From Octopus vulgaris (Eukaryota), in NCBI GenBank assembly GCA_951406725.2, contig OX597825.1:25668001-25732000 (forward strand): 64,000 bases of DNA, read 5' to 3'. The position numbers and the translations under genes are program-made. This document shows positions 41,386 through 54,091 of this stretch, in pieces. The notes beneath the pieces are model-generated. The model was given only the letters and a program-made list of their open reading frames with translations. It made no database searches and was not told where the DNA came from. Within the stretch, counting starts at the first letter, position 1. The number at the start of each line of letters is the position of its first letter.

Positions 41386-42859
41386 GCTAAAACAGCTCTC
41401 ATCATCGATATTTTCGATCTCTTTAGTTGATCTGTTCGATCTCTCAGCGTCGATGTGCTGCCAAACTTATAACAGTTTGTTTACCAATATACATTCAAAA
41501 TGGCTGACATTTGCCATCTTCATTAAAGTAGTATAGAATTTCAGTGAAACAGTTTTCATATATTGCTTGTTAAACTGATTTAATTTTGAAGAGGGAAAAA
41601 GAAACCTTCAACAACATCGTACTTCCATGACTTGAAACCAAAATGGTTATCATAGAAACCAATTCAAAGGAAACGACCGAGGCTGCCAGAATGGCACTTC
41701 AGATATTTGTGTCTAAAAGAAATTAAAGGACGTCTCAATGATATTGTAAGTGATTAGTTGGAGATGTTAATAATCGAAAGGGAATACCGTATCTTCTCGA
41801 AGTGAAAGAAACACTGGTATATAAGTATTCCAAATAATTTTAGATAAGAATTTACAATAATGAGAACGCTTCAGAACGGGGTGCATAGTAACTGAATGAA
41901 AACTACATGTAGCGTAAATATATTAGCAGTAACTGTTTGAAATAGTTTACAAAGATTTGTGATTTTCATTCGCTACTATATATCATCGATCTTTGACAAA
42001 TTGCCCGCTAGTTTTTTTAATCATTTTCACAAGTTAAAAATAAATAATATATATATAAAAAAAAAAGATTTAGCACCGAGTCAAATGCGCAAAAGGCTAT
42101 CAAAACAGACATAAATATCCTGATTTTATCACTGAGAAAAGTGCAAAACAGAGGTCATTGTTAACCATTTCGATAAACAAAATTCATTATATTTAAATTT
42201 ACTCAATATATTTGAAGTATAAAATCGATCGTGATTTTATGGAAAACCAGTCTAATAAATAAATATCGATCCACATGTCCTAATTTAAGTATAATAAGAA
42301 ATAATTATGTAATTAACCAAAAAGTGATATGCATAATTGATATTATTTTACTTGTTGAATCTGGAGGGAGGGACAATTCCCCCGGCACCAGCAGACCCTC
42401 CTAGATTGGTGACATCGATGTTATTAATGTTTCTCTTGAAACTTTGTGAGTCAATACTTGCAGAAAATATTCACAGAAAGAAAATGCCATGGACCTACGT
42501 TCGAAGAAGTAAGAAAAAGATTTGGTGATTAGGGCGGGATTAGCTGAGGGAAAGATGTTCTCAAGGATAATGGAATGAGGAGAGGTGAGATGAGTAGCAG
42601 TAAAAGAATTCAAAGAGAGAGAGAAAGAGAGGGAGTGGGGGAAAGACGGCGTACCCGTAGAACAATGGCTGGGTGGTAGCTGCGGACAACCTTATATGAT
42701 AATGACAGATGTGCGCCTATTCTTCCTATGTTCATGAATGTCACTTTGTGCATCATCAATGCATCCCAAGATTTTAGAGCAAACTTTTATCGTGAGCCTC
42801 ATTTGAGCTTTATAAAACATTAATAATAATGGTATCTGGATAACATTCGTCCTCAGGCG

Positions 42860-43460
42860 CCTGGATTATTGATCCCAGCTATGGTCACTCACCAGTATAA
42901 AATTAATAGCTTACCATGAAGCAATCCAGCAAAGCTTCAAAAGAAAGATCGTCTCATTGCAACAGCTCAGTTACTAGGATAGGCTGAAGTATCGAAAACT
43001 TTACTCCCTGTAGCGAAGGCAGGAGAGATATGTAATAATATACATCTGGAAGATCCTGGAAAGGATTGTGCGAAATTTTGGCATTGAAAGCTACACAAAT
43101 GCCAGAACGGGTCGTCATTGCACAGTGTGAAAGATCTCAGCAATGGCATCGCGCTTCAGGATCAGATAGTGCAGCAGCCTGGGTTTCATAGGGCCACAGC
43201 TTTTTAATATTCTCCCAAAGATCCTGAGAGAACTACACAAAGTGGATGTAGGTGTTTTCAAATTAAAACTGCATATCTTCCTGTCGAAGAGGCCCCGATG
43301 AACTTACTTAATGGCAGGAGGTGCGAAAGAGAGTAATGATATCAATCATTATTCACCAAATGCTACATTAAAGGAGGCTCTCAATAATAACAGTGTAGCA
43401 AAACGGCGGTGCCTCTGCACGGCCACAGCTTTGGGCTGAAACTAATATAAAAGATATAAA
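42860..43460 (+). mobile_element. CR1-clade LINE 3' end (ORF2 C-terminus plus 3' tail), decayed
   Basis: SY*DRLKYRKLYSL*RRQERYVIIYIWKILE and GPQLFNILPKILR..FKLKL motifs; tail at 43400-43460. Confidence 0.8.
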
Positions 43461-43466
43461 TATGTT

Positions 43467-43524
<58 letters not shown>

Positions 43525-43719
43525 TACATACATATATATATATACATCTTATAATTAAGGGCTAAAGAAAGTTATTCTATAGCCCTTAATTATAACATGT
43601 TTATACTTCAACCGTAATGGGTTTTTTTAATATACTGTCACGCTTTTTGATGGAATCCTTTTCTGTAGAGAGGGGGACTTCATCCTATATTGTTAGTATA
43701 TATATATATATATATATAT

Positions 43720-43963
43720 ACTTTATTTAAAAGCAGCCGAAATTCAACAAAACCTGTTACTCGGAGTTTCACGTTCCCGTTCGTCGGACAGTTTTTGTTA
43801 AAATATCGGTTCTATTTTAACAAAAGCTGTCCGACGAACGGGAACGTGAAACTCCGAGTAACAGGTTTTGTTGAATTTTTCTGCTTTTAAATAAAGCATA
43901 TTACTCTACCCCTGGTATTTGAGTACTCTTTTTTCCACCTTGTTTCACATTTATGTGTTTACT

Positions 43964-43966
<3 letters not shown>
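43720..43966 (+). mobile_element. PLE-like remnant with 5' inversion (about 85-bp arms) between (TA)n tracts; HHR at 43827-43864 (+) and 43754-43791 (-)
   Basis: CUGU-CCGACGA-ACG GGAA CGU-GAAA-CUC C GAG-UA-ACAG; arms 43720-43805 and 43813-43897. Confidence 0.78.
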
Positions 43967-44027
<61 letters not shown>

Positions 44028-44030
<3 letters not shown>

Positions 44031-44945
44031 GGTGCCCATAAAGTCTCTTTACAATTCAAAAAAATTATTACAAAGGCAGTTGATGAGATATTTTTACCAG
44101 ATTTCTTTTATTTTAATAATTGTTTATTAAAGTTTTTATTGATATTAAATTTTTGTTTCAGATACTCTGTTGATGGAAGGGAACTAATTCACTAACCCCC
44201 TATAAAATGAGGATGAATCATTCTTCAAGCGAGTTTGTTTTAGTGACGAGGCGACTTTTCATGTTTCAGGGAAATTAAACAGACACAATGTGAGAATCTA
44301 GGTATCAGAACACCCCCATGTGACGAGGGAGCTTCAACGCGATAGTCCAAAAGTGAATGTGTGGTGTGGAATCATGTGCAATCGAATAATTGGTCCATTT
44401 TTCTTCAACGAGGCAACAATTACTACAGATGTTTACCTCAACCTTCTGACAGAATATGTGGCACCACAACTGATTGATTTACAATCAACCATCATTTTCC
44501 AGCAAGATGGTGCACCACCACATTGGGGACGGCATGTTCTTCAGTTCCTCAATCAAACATTTCTAGACTAATGGACTGGAAGGAATGGGCCAATTCCATG
44601 GCCACCGCGTTCGCTAGATATCACTACCTAGTACTTCTTTTTATGGGGTTATGTAAAAGATATCGTGTATCAAATAAACATTCGGGACATTGGTGACTTG
44701 AAGCAAAGGATTCGTAATGCCAGTGCCACCATTGATGAGGCTATCCTCCAACGAACATGGCAAGAAATCGAGTTCTGTCTTGATGTTCACCCTACAAATA
44801 CTGGTGCCCATACTGAGGGCTACGAAATAACAGTTAAAAAACTGTAAGGAACAATTAATACGATAAACCAAATCTGGTAAAGATATCTTGTCAACTACTT
44901 TTGTAATAAAATTTAAAAATTGTAAAGTGACTTTATGGACATCCA

Positions 44946-44946
<1 letters not shown>
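44028..44946 (+). mobile_element. Tc1/mariner DD41D-type transposon, internally deleted and pseudogenised
   Basis: About 75-bp imperfect TIRs starting CAGGGTG in TA; FSDEATF, VNVWCG, FQQDGAPPH, WPPRSLDIT, FFLWGYVK with stops; 41 residues between the second D and the mutated third position. Confidence 0.88.
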
Positions 44947-44994
<48 letters not shown>

Positions 44995-44997
<3 letters not shown>

Positions 44998-47900
44998 TAA
45001 GCAATTAAGGGTTTAGCAACGAATTGCCTTACCACACACCGAATTTAGAAATAGCAGTCAAAGAGATTATAGCTATTTCTTCTACTAAAAGGGAGATCAC
45101 AGTAAAGACACAGCATTTGAAAGGCAAATACAAACAGGTAAGAGAGAATGAATTAACGGCAATCTATCATACAGTTTTAAGTCACCTACGGACGTACGTT
45201 TCGAGATCAAGTCTTAGGAAAGCATAAGAATTAGATAACTCTACCTTACCCAGACTTCTTCTTTCATCAGCGCAGGATACAAACAATCATGAATGATTGA
45301 ATATTGAATTTTGAGATACTAGAAGGCACCAACTCAACTCAGTATCAGAGCGAGCTAGAAGCCACAGCTGGTATCACCAAATTCAAAGTATGAATGAAAG
45401 CTTGTGTCACCAGTCCCTTCCCACCCGCGTGCAGCCAAGACAAAGTGCTGTGGTCATTTACTGGGATGAATATGGTTATGAGTAACAATTAAGGGTGAAA
45501 TTAATTAATTTGGAATAATTATCAATTACACCAAGTAGTCTTCGGCATGTAAAAGCCTCATTCGAGGAAAATTTAAGTAATACTAAGCAATTAAGGGTTT
45601 AGCAACGAATTGCCTTACCACACACCGAATTTAGAAATAGCAGTCAAAGAGATTATAGCTATTTCTTCTACTAAAAGGGAGATCACAGTAAAGACACAGC
45701 ATTTGAAAGGCAAATACAAACAGGTAAGAGAGAATGAATTAACGGCAATCTATCATACAGTTTTAAGTCACCTACGGACGTACGTTTCGAGATCAAGGCT
45801 TAGGAAAGCATAAGAATTAGATAACTCTACCTTACCCAGACTTCTTCTTTCATCAGCGCAGGATACAAACAATCATGAATGATTGAATATTGAATTTTGA
45901 GATACTAGAAGGCACCAACTCAACTCAGTATCAGAGCGAGCTAGAAGCCACAGCTGGTATCACCAAATTCAAAGTATGAATGAAAGCTTGTGTCACCAGT
46001 CCCTTCCCACCCGCGTGCAGCCAAGACAAAGTGCTGTGGTCATTTACTGGGATGAATATGGTTATGAGTAACAATTAAGGGTGAAATTAATTAATTTGGA
46101 ATAATTATCAATTACACCAAGTAGTCTTCGGCATGTAAAAGCCTCATTCGAGGAAAATTTAAGTAATACTAAGCAATTAAGGGTTTAGCAACGAATTGCC
46201 TTACCACACACCGAATTTAGAAATAGCAGTCAAAGAGATTATAGCTATTTCTTCTACTAAAAGGGAGATCACAGTAAAGACACAGCATTTGAAAGGCAAA
46301 TACAAACAGGTAAGAGAGAATGAATTAACGGCAATCTATCATACAGTTTTAAGTCACCTACGGACGTACGTTTCGAGATCAAGTCTTAGGAAAGCATAAG
46401 AATTAGATAACTCTACCTTACCCAGACTTCTTCTTTCATCAGCGCAGGATACAAACAATCATGAATGATTGAATATTGAATTTTGAGATACTAGAAGGCA
46501 CCAACTCAACTCAGTATCAGAGCGAGCTAGAAGCCACAGCTGGTATCACCAAATTCAAAGTATGAATGAAAGCTTGTGTCACCAGTCCCTTCCCACCCGC
46601 GTGCAGCCAAGACAAAGTGCTGTGGTCATTTACTGGGATGAATATGGTTATGAGTAACAATTAAGGGTGAAATTAATTAATTTGGAATAATTATCAATTA
46701 CACCAAGTAGTCTTCGGCATGTAAAAGCCTCATTCGAGGAAAATTTAAGTAATACTAAGCAATTAAGGGTTTAGCAACGAATTGCCTTACCACACACCGA
46801 ATTTAGAAATAGCAGTCAAAGAGATTATAGCTATTTCTTCTACTAAAAGGGAGATCACAGTAAAGACACAGCATTTGAAAGGCAAATACAAACAGGTAAG
46901 AGAGAATGAATTAACGGCAATCTATCATACAGTTTTAAGTCACCTACGGACGTACGTTTCGAGATCAAGTCTTAGGAAAGCATAAGAATTAGATAACTCT
47001 ACCTTACCCAGACTTCTTCTTTCATCAGCGCAGGATACAAACAATCATGAATGATTGAATATTGAATTTTGAGATACTAGAAGGCACCAACTCAACTCAG
47101 TATCAGAGCGAGCTAGAAGCCACAGCTGGTATCACCAAATTCAAAGTATGAATGAAAGCTTGTGTCACCAGTCCCTTCCCACCCGCGTGCAGCCAAGACA
47201 AAGTGCTGTGGTCATTTACTGGGATGAATATGATTATGAGTAACAATTAAGGGTGAAATTAATTAATTTGGAATAATTATCAATTACACCAAGTAGTCTT
47301 CGGCATGTAAAAGCCTCATTCGAGGAAAATTTAAGTAATACTAAGCAATTAAGGGTTTAGCAACGAATTGCCTTACCACACACCGAATTTAGAAATAGCA
47401 GTCAAAGAGATTATAGCTATTTCTTCTACTAAAAGGGAGATCACAGTAAAGACACAGCATTTGAAAGGCAAATACAAACAGGTAAGAGAGAATGAATTAA
47501 CGGCAATCTATCATACAGTTTTAAGTCACCTACGGACGTACGTTTCGAGATCAAGTCTTAGGAAAGCATAAGAATTAGATAACTCTACCTTACCCAGACT
47601 TCTTCTTTCATCAGCGCAGGATACAAACAATCATGAATGATTGAATATTGAATTTTGAGATACTAGAAGGCACCAACTCAACTCAGTATCAGAGCGAGCT
47701 AGAAGCCACAGCTGGTATCACCAAATTCAAAGTATGAATGAAAGCTTGTGTCACCAGTCCCTTCCCACCCGCGTGCAGCCAAGACAAAGTGCTGTGGTCA
47801 TTTACTGGGATGAATATGGTTATGAGTAACAATTAAGGGTGAAATTAATTAATTTGGAATAATTATCAATTACACCAAGTAGTCTTCGGCATGTAAAAGC

Positions 47901-48028
47901 CTCATTCGAGGAAAATTTAAGTAATACTAAGCAATTAAGGGTTTAGCAACGAATTGCCTTACCACACACCGAATTTAGAAATAGCAGTCAAAGAGATTAT
48001 AGCTATTTCTTCTACTAAAAGGGAGATC

Positions 48029-48029
<1 letters not shown>
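44995..48029 (-). repeat. 586-bp tandem array, 5.18 units, one hammerhead per unit, flanked by (TA)n
   Basis: Units start at 44995, 45581, 46167, 46753, 47339, 47925; only 2 substitutions noticed among units. Confidence 0.97.
45185..45276 (-). ncRNA. Type I hammerhead with long stem II (repeats at 45771, 46357, 46943, 47529)
   Basis: Minus strand CCUGCG-CUGAUGA-[about 60-nt imperfect hairpin AAGAAGAAGUCU...AGACUUGAUCUC]-GAAA-CGUACG-UC-CGUAGG; predicted cut between 45191 and 45190. Confidence 0.82.
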
Positions 48030-48065
<36 letters not shown>

Positions 48066-48087
48066 CACATACGTATGTACATATATA

Positions 48088-48640
48088 TTGGGTTGTCCGG
48101 AAGGTTCGTGCCGATTTATAGCAGCTTACTTTTTGACCTATTTTAGAACATGGTTGAGTCCATAAAATAGGATTTGACTACACCCCATTTTAGACCACAG
48201 TTTAAGCTATCTTTTTGTGGAAGGAGGTTTATGTTCCTATAACCTGTGTTAATTCTGTAACCGTTTAAAATGGAAGATAATAAAATTCATTTTCGACACT
48301 TGATGCTTTGGGAACCATACAAAAATTGCTGCAGCTCGCCTGGGATGTGCTACTCCACCCTCCATTCACCAGATATTGCTCCTTTGGATTTCCATTTATA
48401 CAGGACTCTGCAGAATAGTCTTAATGGTAAAAATTTCAATTCCTTGGATGACATAAAAAGATACCTTGATGAATGTTTTGCCATGAAACCACCTCAATTC
48501 TGGGAAGAAGGTATTTTCAAGTTAAAGGAAAGATGGAGACGCATTGTACAACAAAATGGTTGATTAAAAATGTAATGGCAAGTATTTATTGACTTTTTTC
48601 TTTCCTTTAAAAATCGGCATGAACTTTCCGGACAACCCAA
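48088..48640 (+). mobile_element. mariner deletion derivative
   Basis: TIRs TTGGGTTGTCCGGAAGGTTCGTGCCGATTT / AAATCGGCATGAACTTTCCGGACAACCCAA, TA flanks; fused ORF MEDNKIHFRH...HSPDIAPLDFHLYR...GIFKLKERW. Confidence 0.92.
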
Positions 48641-48658
48641 TATATTTATAGCTATATG

Positions 48659-48690
<32 letters not shown>

Positions 48691-48708
48691 TGTATGTATG
48701 TATGTATG

Positions 48709-48755
<47 letters not shown>

Positions 48756-48893
48756 GGCTTCGTAAATGTATATAAGGACACAGGAAAAATGTGTCGAAGC
48801 CAGCAGGAAGCGTCGATGCTTCATAGGGCTAAACAGCGGTGGGGTAACCCCCTACTGTCACGTTGACGTTAGATTGACAGTATACAACCATTC

Positions 48894-48953
<60 letters not shown>

Positions 48954-50297
48954 CACATATATATACACATATATATACACATATATATTTATATATATAC
49001 GTCTATATATATACATATACATATGTATATGTATATACATATATACCCGTACAAAATTACATGTGTATATATACATATGTATACGCATATATAATACATA
49101 CATATGTAAGTGTATATATATATAAATATACATATGTATATGTATAGATATACATGCATATTTATATGCATATATACATATACATACATATACATATGTA
49201 TACATATGCATATGTATATATGTATACATATGTATACATATACATATGTATATATACATATTTATATGTATATATATATGCATACGTATATGTGTTATAT
49301 GTGTATAAATATATATATACATATATACATATATATACATATGTAGACACATATACGTATGTATATATGTATATTTACACATTAATATACCAACATATAT
49401 ACAGTTATACGTAAATACATATATATGTACGTTTAAATATATAAATATATATATATATTATATGCATGCACACACACACTGTAGATCTATGTTTAAAGCA
49501 TAAACACACACACACACATACCTTAGGTCTATGCTTAAAATATATGGACATATTTATATAAGCTTACATGTTATATGTAGGTATTATTCAAGTATAGATA
49601 TGTCTCTCTCTATCATCTATACATTTCTCTATCAACCACTCTCTATCTCTTTATATCTAGCTCCCCATACATCTTAGGGTGACGCATATGATTATATAGG
49701 AAGGAATATATTTAATTACGTATTAAAAAACAGTTTGTATGTCACATATTTGAATCATAAAACTGGGAAAAAATAATTTGAAAATTCTTCGACAAGAGTT
49801 TTCATGAAGATATATGATATAAAGCAAGGAAAAAAAAAAGAAGACGAAGATGATAGCAGCGATACCGAAGAAGAAGGTGGAGCAGACAAAGAAGTGGAAC
49901 GAAAACATACTATCCTTCCCTCCATTTCAAAATACGCTATAAAGAGTTCACAGGACATTTCAAGTCAATATCTGCATACAGCTATTGATATCTCAAATCA
50001 GACGTTGGTACTATTTTATTACACAAAATCTCCATTGCTTTACGGCTACTAGATACACCTGAGAGTTTATCAACTTATTTTATAGGTAATATAAAACCTA
50101 ACAACATTTTTATCTATCTAGCAATCTCTCTATGGTTCTCTCTATATTTATCTATCTACTTATCTATTAGTCCCAACTCCAGCACTTCAGATACATATGA
50201 AGGCATAACACCCATACACACAGACACACACATATATGTATGTATATATATCTACATATATATGTATATAGTTATATATTGTACAGAAACTTGTTTG

Positions 50298-50351
<54 letters not shown>

Positions 50352-51251
50352 TATATACATATATATATGTATATATATATATATAACATTTGTGTATATG
50401 TTTATGTATGAGTTCATATATATTTACATAATAAAAATCTTCAAATGCATATGCATAGCCATATAAGATATGAGACACTAGAGCATAAGCATAAAAATCA
50501 ATTATTATAATGTTTCACTCTTAGATAACATAACTAGTGTTGAGATTTTGAGCAAAAGTAGTGCCTGGTGTTTTGAACGGGCAGAATCGTCAATGAATTA
50601 TACAAAATATCACTTGTATGTTTATTACCTTTCCTGTATGTTTTGAGTTCAAATTTTTCCTTGGCAGAATTTGTTTTTCCTCCTTCTTTTAACTGAACTT
50701 TGTTTACCAAGTGATCTCACCCATATCAAGGATACCTATCATGAAAGAGAAACTCATTCCAGCTGGGATATTCTCTAAATCTTTTCTATACCCAAGGAAA
50801 TTGCGGCCGCGTAAATTAACCTGTTTTAACGAACGACAATTCTGCGCGATTTGAATAGACATTATTTAATTTTAGTAGGTGAAAAGGTAGATCATTATTG
50901 ATGCAGTTAAAATAGGTATCATTTGGGTACCGAGGTCGATGTAATCGACTGCGTGCTCATATAAATTACTTGTACATGATGGTCCGGTTGGTTGTCCTGT
51001 AGCTGTCGACTAGATATTTATATTCTTTGTCCAACCTTTCCTCTTCATCCCCTCCGTGGTCGATAAAATAAGGCAAAATCATATTTCTGTTGATAAAATA
51101 AAGTAAAAACTATCTTACTGGCCTTTACCTTAATTCGAAACCATATGCTGGGTAAAAGAAATAGTGTGCACTTTCTTTTGAATCGTTGGTCACACAATTT
51201 TCACTTAAGTTTCTAAATCTGTTTAGGAACTTGAAGGTTGAGTTATACTTT

Positions 51252-51605
51252 CTTTACTCTTTTACTTGTTTCACTCATTTGACTGCGGCCATGCTGGAGC
51301 ATCGCCTTTAGTGGAGCAAATAAGCCCCAGGACTTATTCTTTGTAAACCTAGTACTTATTCTATCGGTCTCTTTTGCCGAACCGCTAAGTTACGGGGACG
51401 TAAACACACCAGCATCGGTTGTCAAGTGATGTTGGGGGTGGGGACAAACACAGACACACAAACATATATACACACATATATACATATACATATATACGAC
51501 GGGCCTCTTTCAGTTTCTGTCTACCAAATCGATTTGCTCGACTAAAGGCGGTGCTCCAGCGTGGCCGCAGTCAAATGACTGAAACAAGTAAAAGAGAAAA
51601 AGAAA
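51252..51605. mobile_element. Family B SINE (minus) with an inverted copy of its own 3' tail
   Basis: 51252-51321 is the reverse complement of 51532-51600; junction CAAATCGATTTG. Confidence 0.82.
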
Positions 51606-51797
51606 GAGATGCAATGCCCAGACAACACACTTGAGTATTCCATTTCTTCTTTGTGATCCAAAGACCTGAAGAAGTATTCATATGGAATTGAAATTCATAT
51701 GGAATCATGGTAAAATATGTTTAGATAAATTCCAGACCATATGAATCGCACTTTTAAATAGTATTTAGCAACAGTGGTGTAATTTTCCTTCAAACTA

Positions 51798-52195
51798 AGG
51801 AAGCGAGCTGGCAGAAATGTTAGCACGCCGGGCGAAAAGCGTATCCGTATTTCGTCTGCCGTTACGTTCTGAGTTTAAATTCCGCCAAGAGATCGACTTT
51901 GCCTTTCATCCTTTCGGGATCGATTAAATAAGTACCAGTTGCGCACTGGGGTCGATATAATCGACTTAATCCGTTTGTCTGCCCTTGTTTGTCCTCTCTG
52001 TGTTTAGACCCTTGTGGGTAGGAAAGAAATAGGTATTTCGTCTGTCTTTACGTTCTGAGTTCAAATTCTGCTGAGGTTGACTTTGCCTTTCATCCTTTCG
52101 GGGTCGATAAATTAAGTACCTGTTGCGTATTGGGGGCAATCTAATCGACTGTTCCCTCCCCCAAAATTTCGGGCCTTGTGCTAAGAGTAGAAAAG
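51798..52195 (+). mobile_element. SINE family C, full-length dimeric form, 17-bp TSD
   Basis: TSD AATTTTCCTTCAAACTA at 51781-51797 and 52196-52212; two GTTCTGAGTT.AAATTC cores. Confidence 0.92.
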
Positions 52196-52662
52196 AATTT
52201 TCCTTCAAACTACGAACAGGAATTTAGATACATACCAGCCACTACAAATAATTGTTTGTACGAAAACTGTGTACATCAAAGTACATCAAACTGTGTTTAA
52301 ATTGTGTGGCAGCAGAAGAATTATCGTCCAACTTTTAGAAGTAAGTTTATTGTTTCCTACGACCAGCTATATGTTTGTTATTCAAATGTAGGGAATGGAA
52401 AGATGCTAGTTGTACTGTCCCCAAATGGGAAGACAAGAAATGTTGTTTATCATGCAGCTTTGCAATAAGTTCCAAGTCGACAACGTATATCATTGCCTTG
52501 ATAAAAACTGTTCATTGCTTGAAAAATATTGTTCAAGTTTAATAAAATTTAATATGTACTCAATGCATGAAGTGCCATTGTTGGGTCCTAGGTCCAATGA
52601 AGTGCCCCCACCCACAGGAGTTGACTTAAAAGCCAGCGGGGCGGCTATTTATAGCTAGTATA

Positions 52663-52719
<57 letters not shown>

Positions 52720-53484
52720 TATACGTCCTGTTCCATTTTCCATTACATGGAATCTTCTTGCAAGACACGATGTGGTTTCTAACGATGATAGAAAAGCCCA
52801 GAGCTCGAATGTAGATGAAATTGAAACGATAACAAAACCAAGTATTCTGATTTTGATCTTGAGAAATGTCTTGTATATTTTTACTGTTCCGCTATCGGAT
52901 GGTGCTCGTAAGATGAAACTTAGCTGGTTGGTTTCTTTTCTAAATCGCCAGCATATAAAATTGACAGTTAGACACCTACTTGTTAAAACAAAAGCTCATT
53001 CAATTATAGTTGGTATATTGTCATATGTATGTGTGTGTATAAATATAAATATGTATGACTGTATGTATTCTTCGTGATGAAGAATCATCAATTGTCACGG
53101 CAGTGGCATATACCGCTGTGAGGCATCTGCATTGACGAAAGGAGGCCTAGAAAAAGAATTATCAATCTCGATATTGAGCGTAATGCACTAACAATAAATG
53201 GAGGTGTTCTGTTGTTACTTATGCAAAATAGATACTAGCTATCTATGATTTACAATATGCAATAGAATGTATGATTCTAGAACACGCAAAATAAATACTA
53301 GCTATCTATGATCCTCAGAAAGTACCGACCTGCTCTCTATGGAACTAATCCCAAATAACACTTAATTGTATTAAACTAAAGACTATTACATTTCATATGT
53401 TAATAATACGTTTCATAAAACATGACAGACATACAAAGGCATGCGGTATTTAATTTCTTAGTAAACGTACATCGTATGTATTTA

Positions 53485-53579
<95 letters not shown>

Positions 53580-54091
53580 ATGTGTGTGTGTGTGTAGGTA
53601 TATATGAATGCATATATGTGTATGTATATATAAGTGTATATATGTATGTATATGTATCTGCATATGTATATATATATATATATATATATATGCATATATG
53701 TATATGGATATACATATATGTATGTATATATGTATGTATCTATATGTGTTTGTGTGTGTGTAAAAATCACTAGAAAGCCGCTAAAAGCACATAAAATCAT
53801 GTTACTGTAAAATAAATAAGAGTAAAAGCATATAAAATCATATTAAAATACGTACAGTAAATGTTAAGATACACACCATAAAGTAGCGTATCTTAGTGAT
53901 GAAAATCATAAAATTAGCTGTGTTGTCTTATTTATCGGTCTTTCGGAGCTTATATCGCCCTGTAGTTCCAATATCTACCCTTAGGTGTCGTTGTCACTCA
54001 TGATACCCACGATTGTTTTGAATTCAGATTTGTTTACGTCAATTTATCTGTTACTTTCTCATTTTCATTCATTTGTGATTTATTTTCCCCC

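Noticed and set aside
45024-45227. 67-aa ORF repeated in every 586-bp unit
   Set aside because: TTG start, no recognisable motif, antisense to the ribozyme; identity simply reflects the DNA repeat
49804-50052. Acidic ORF EDEDDSSDTEEEGG as possible host exon
   Set aside because: Low-complexity purine-rich tract; no convincing splice context or domain
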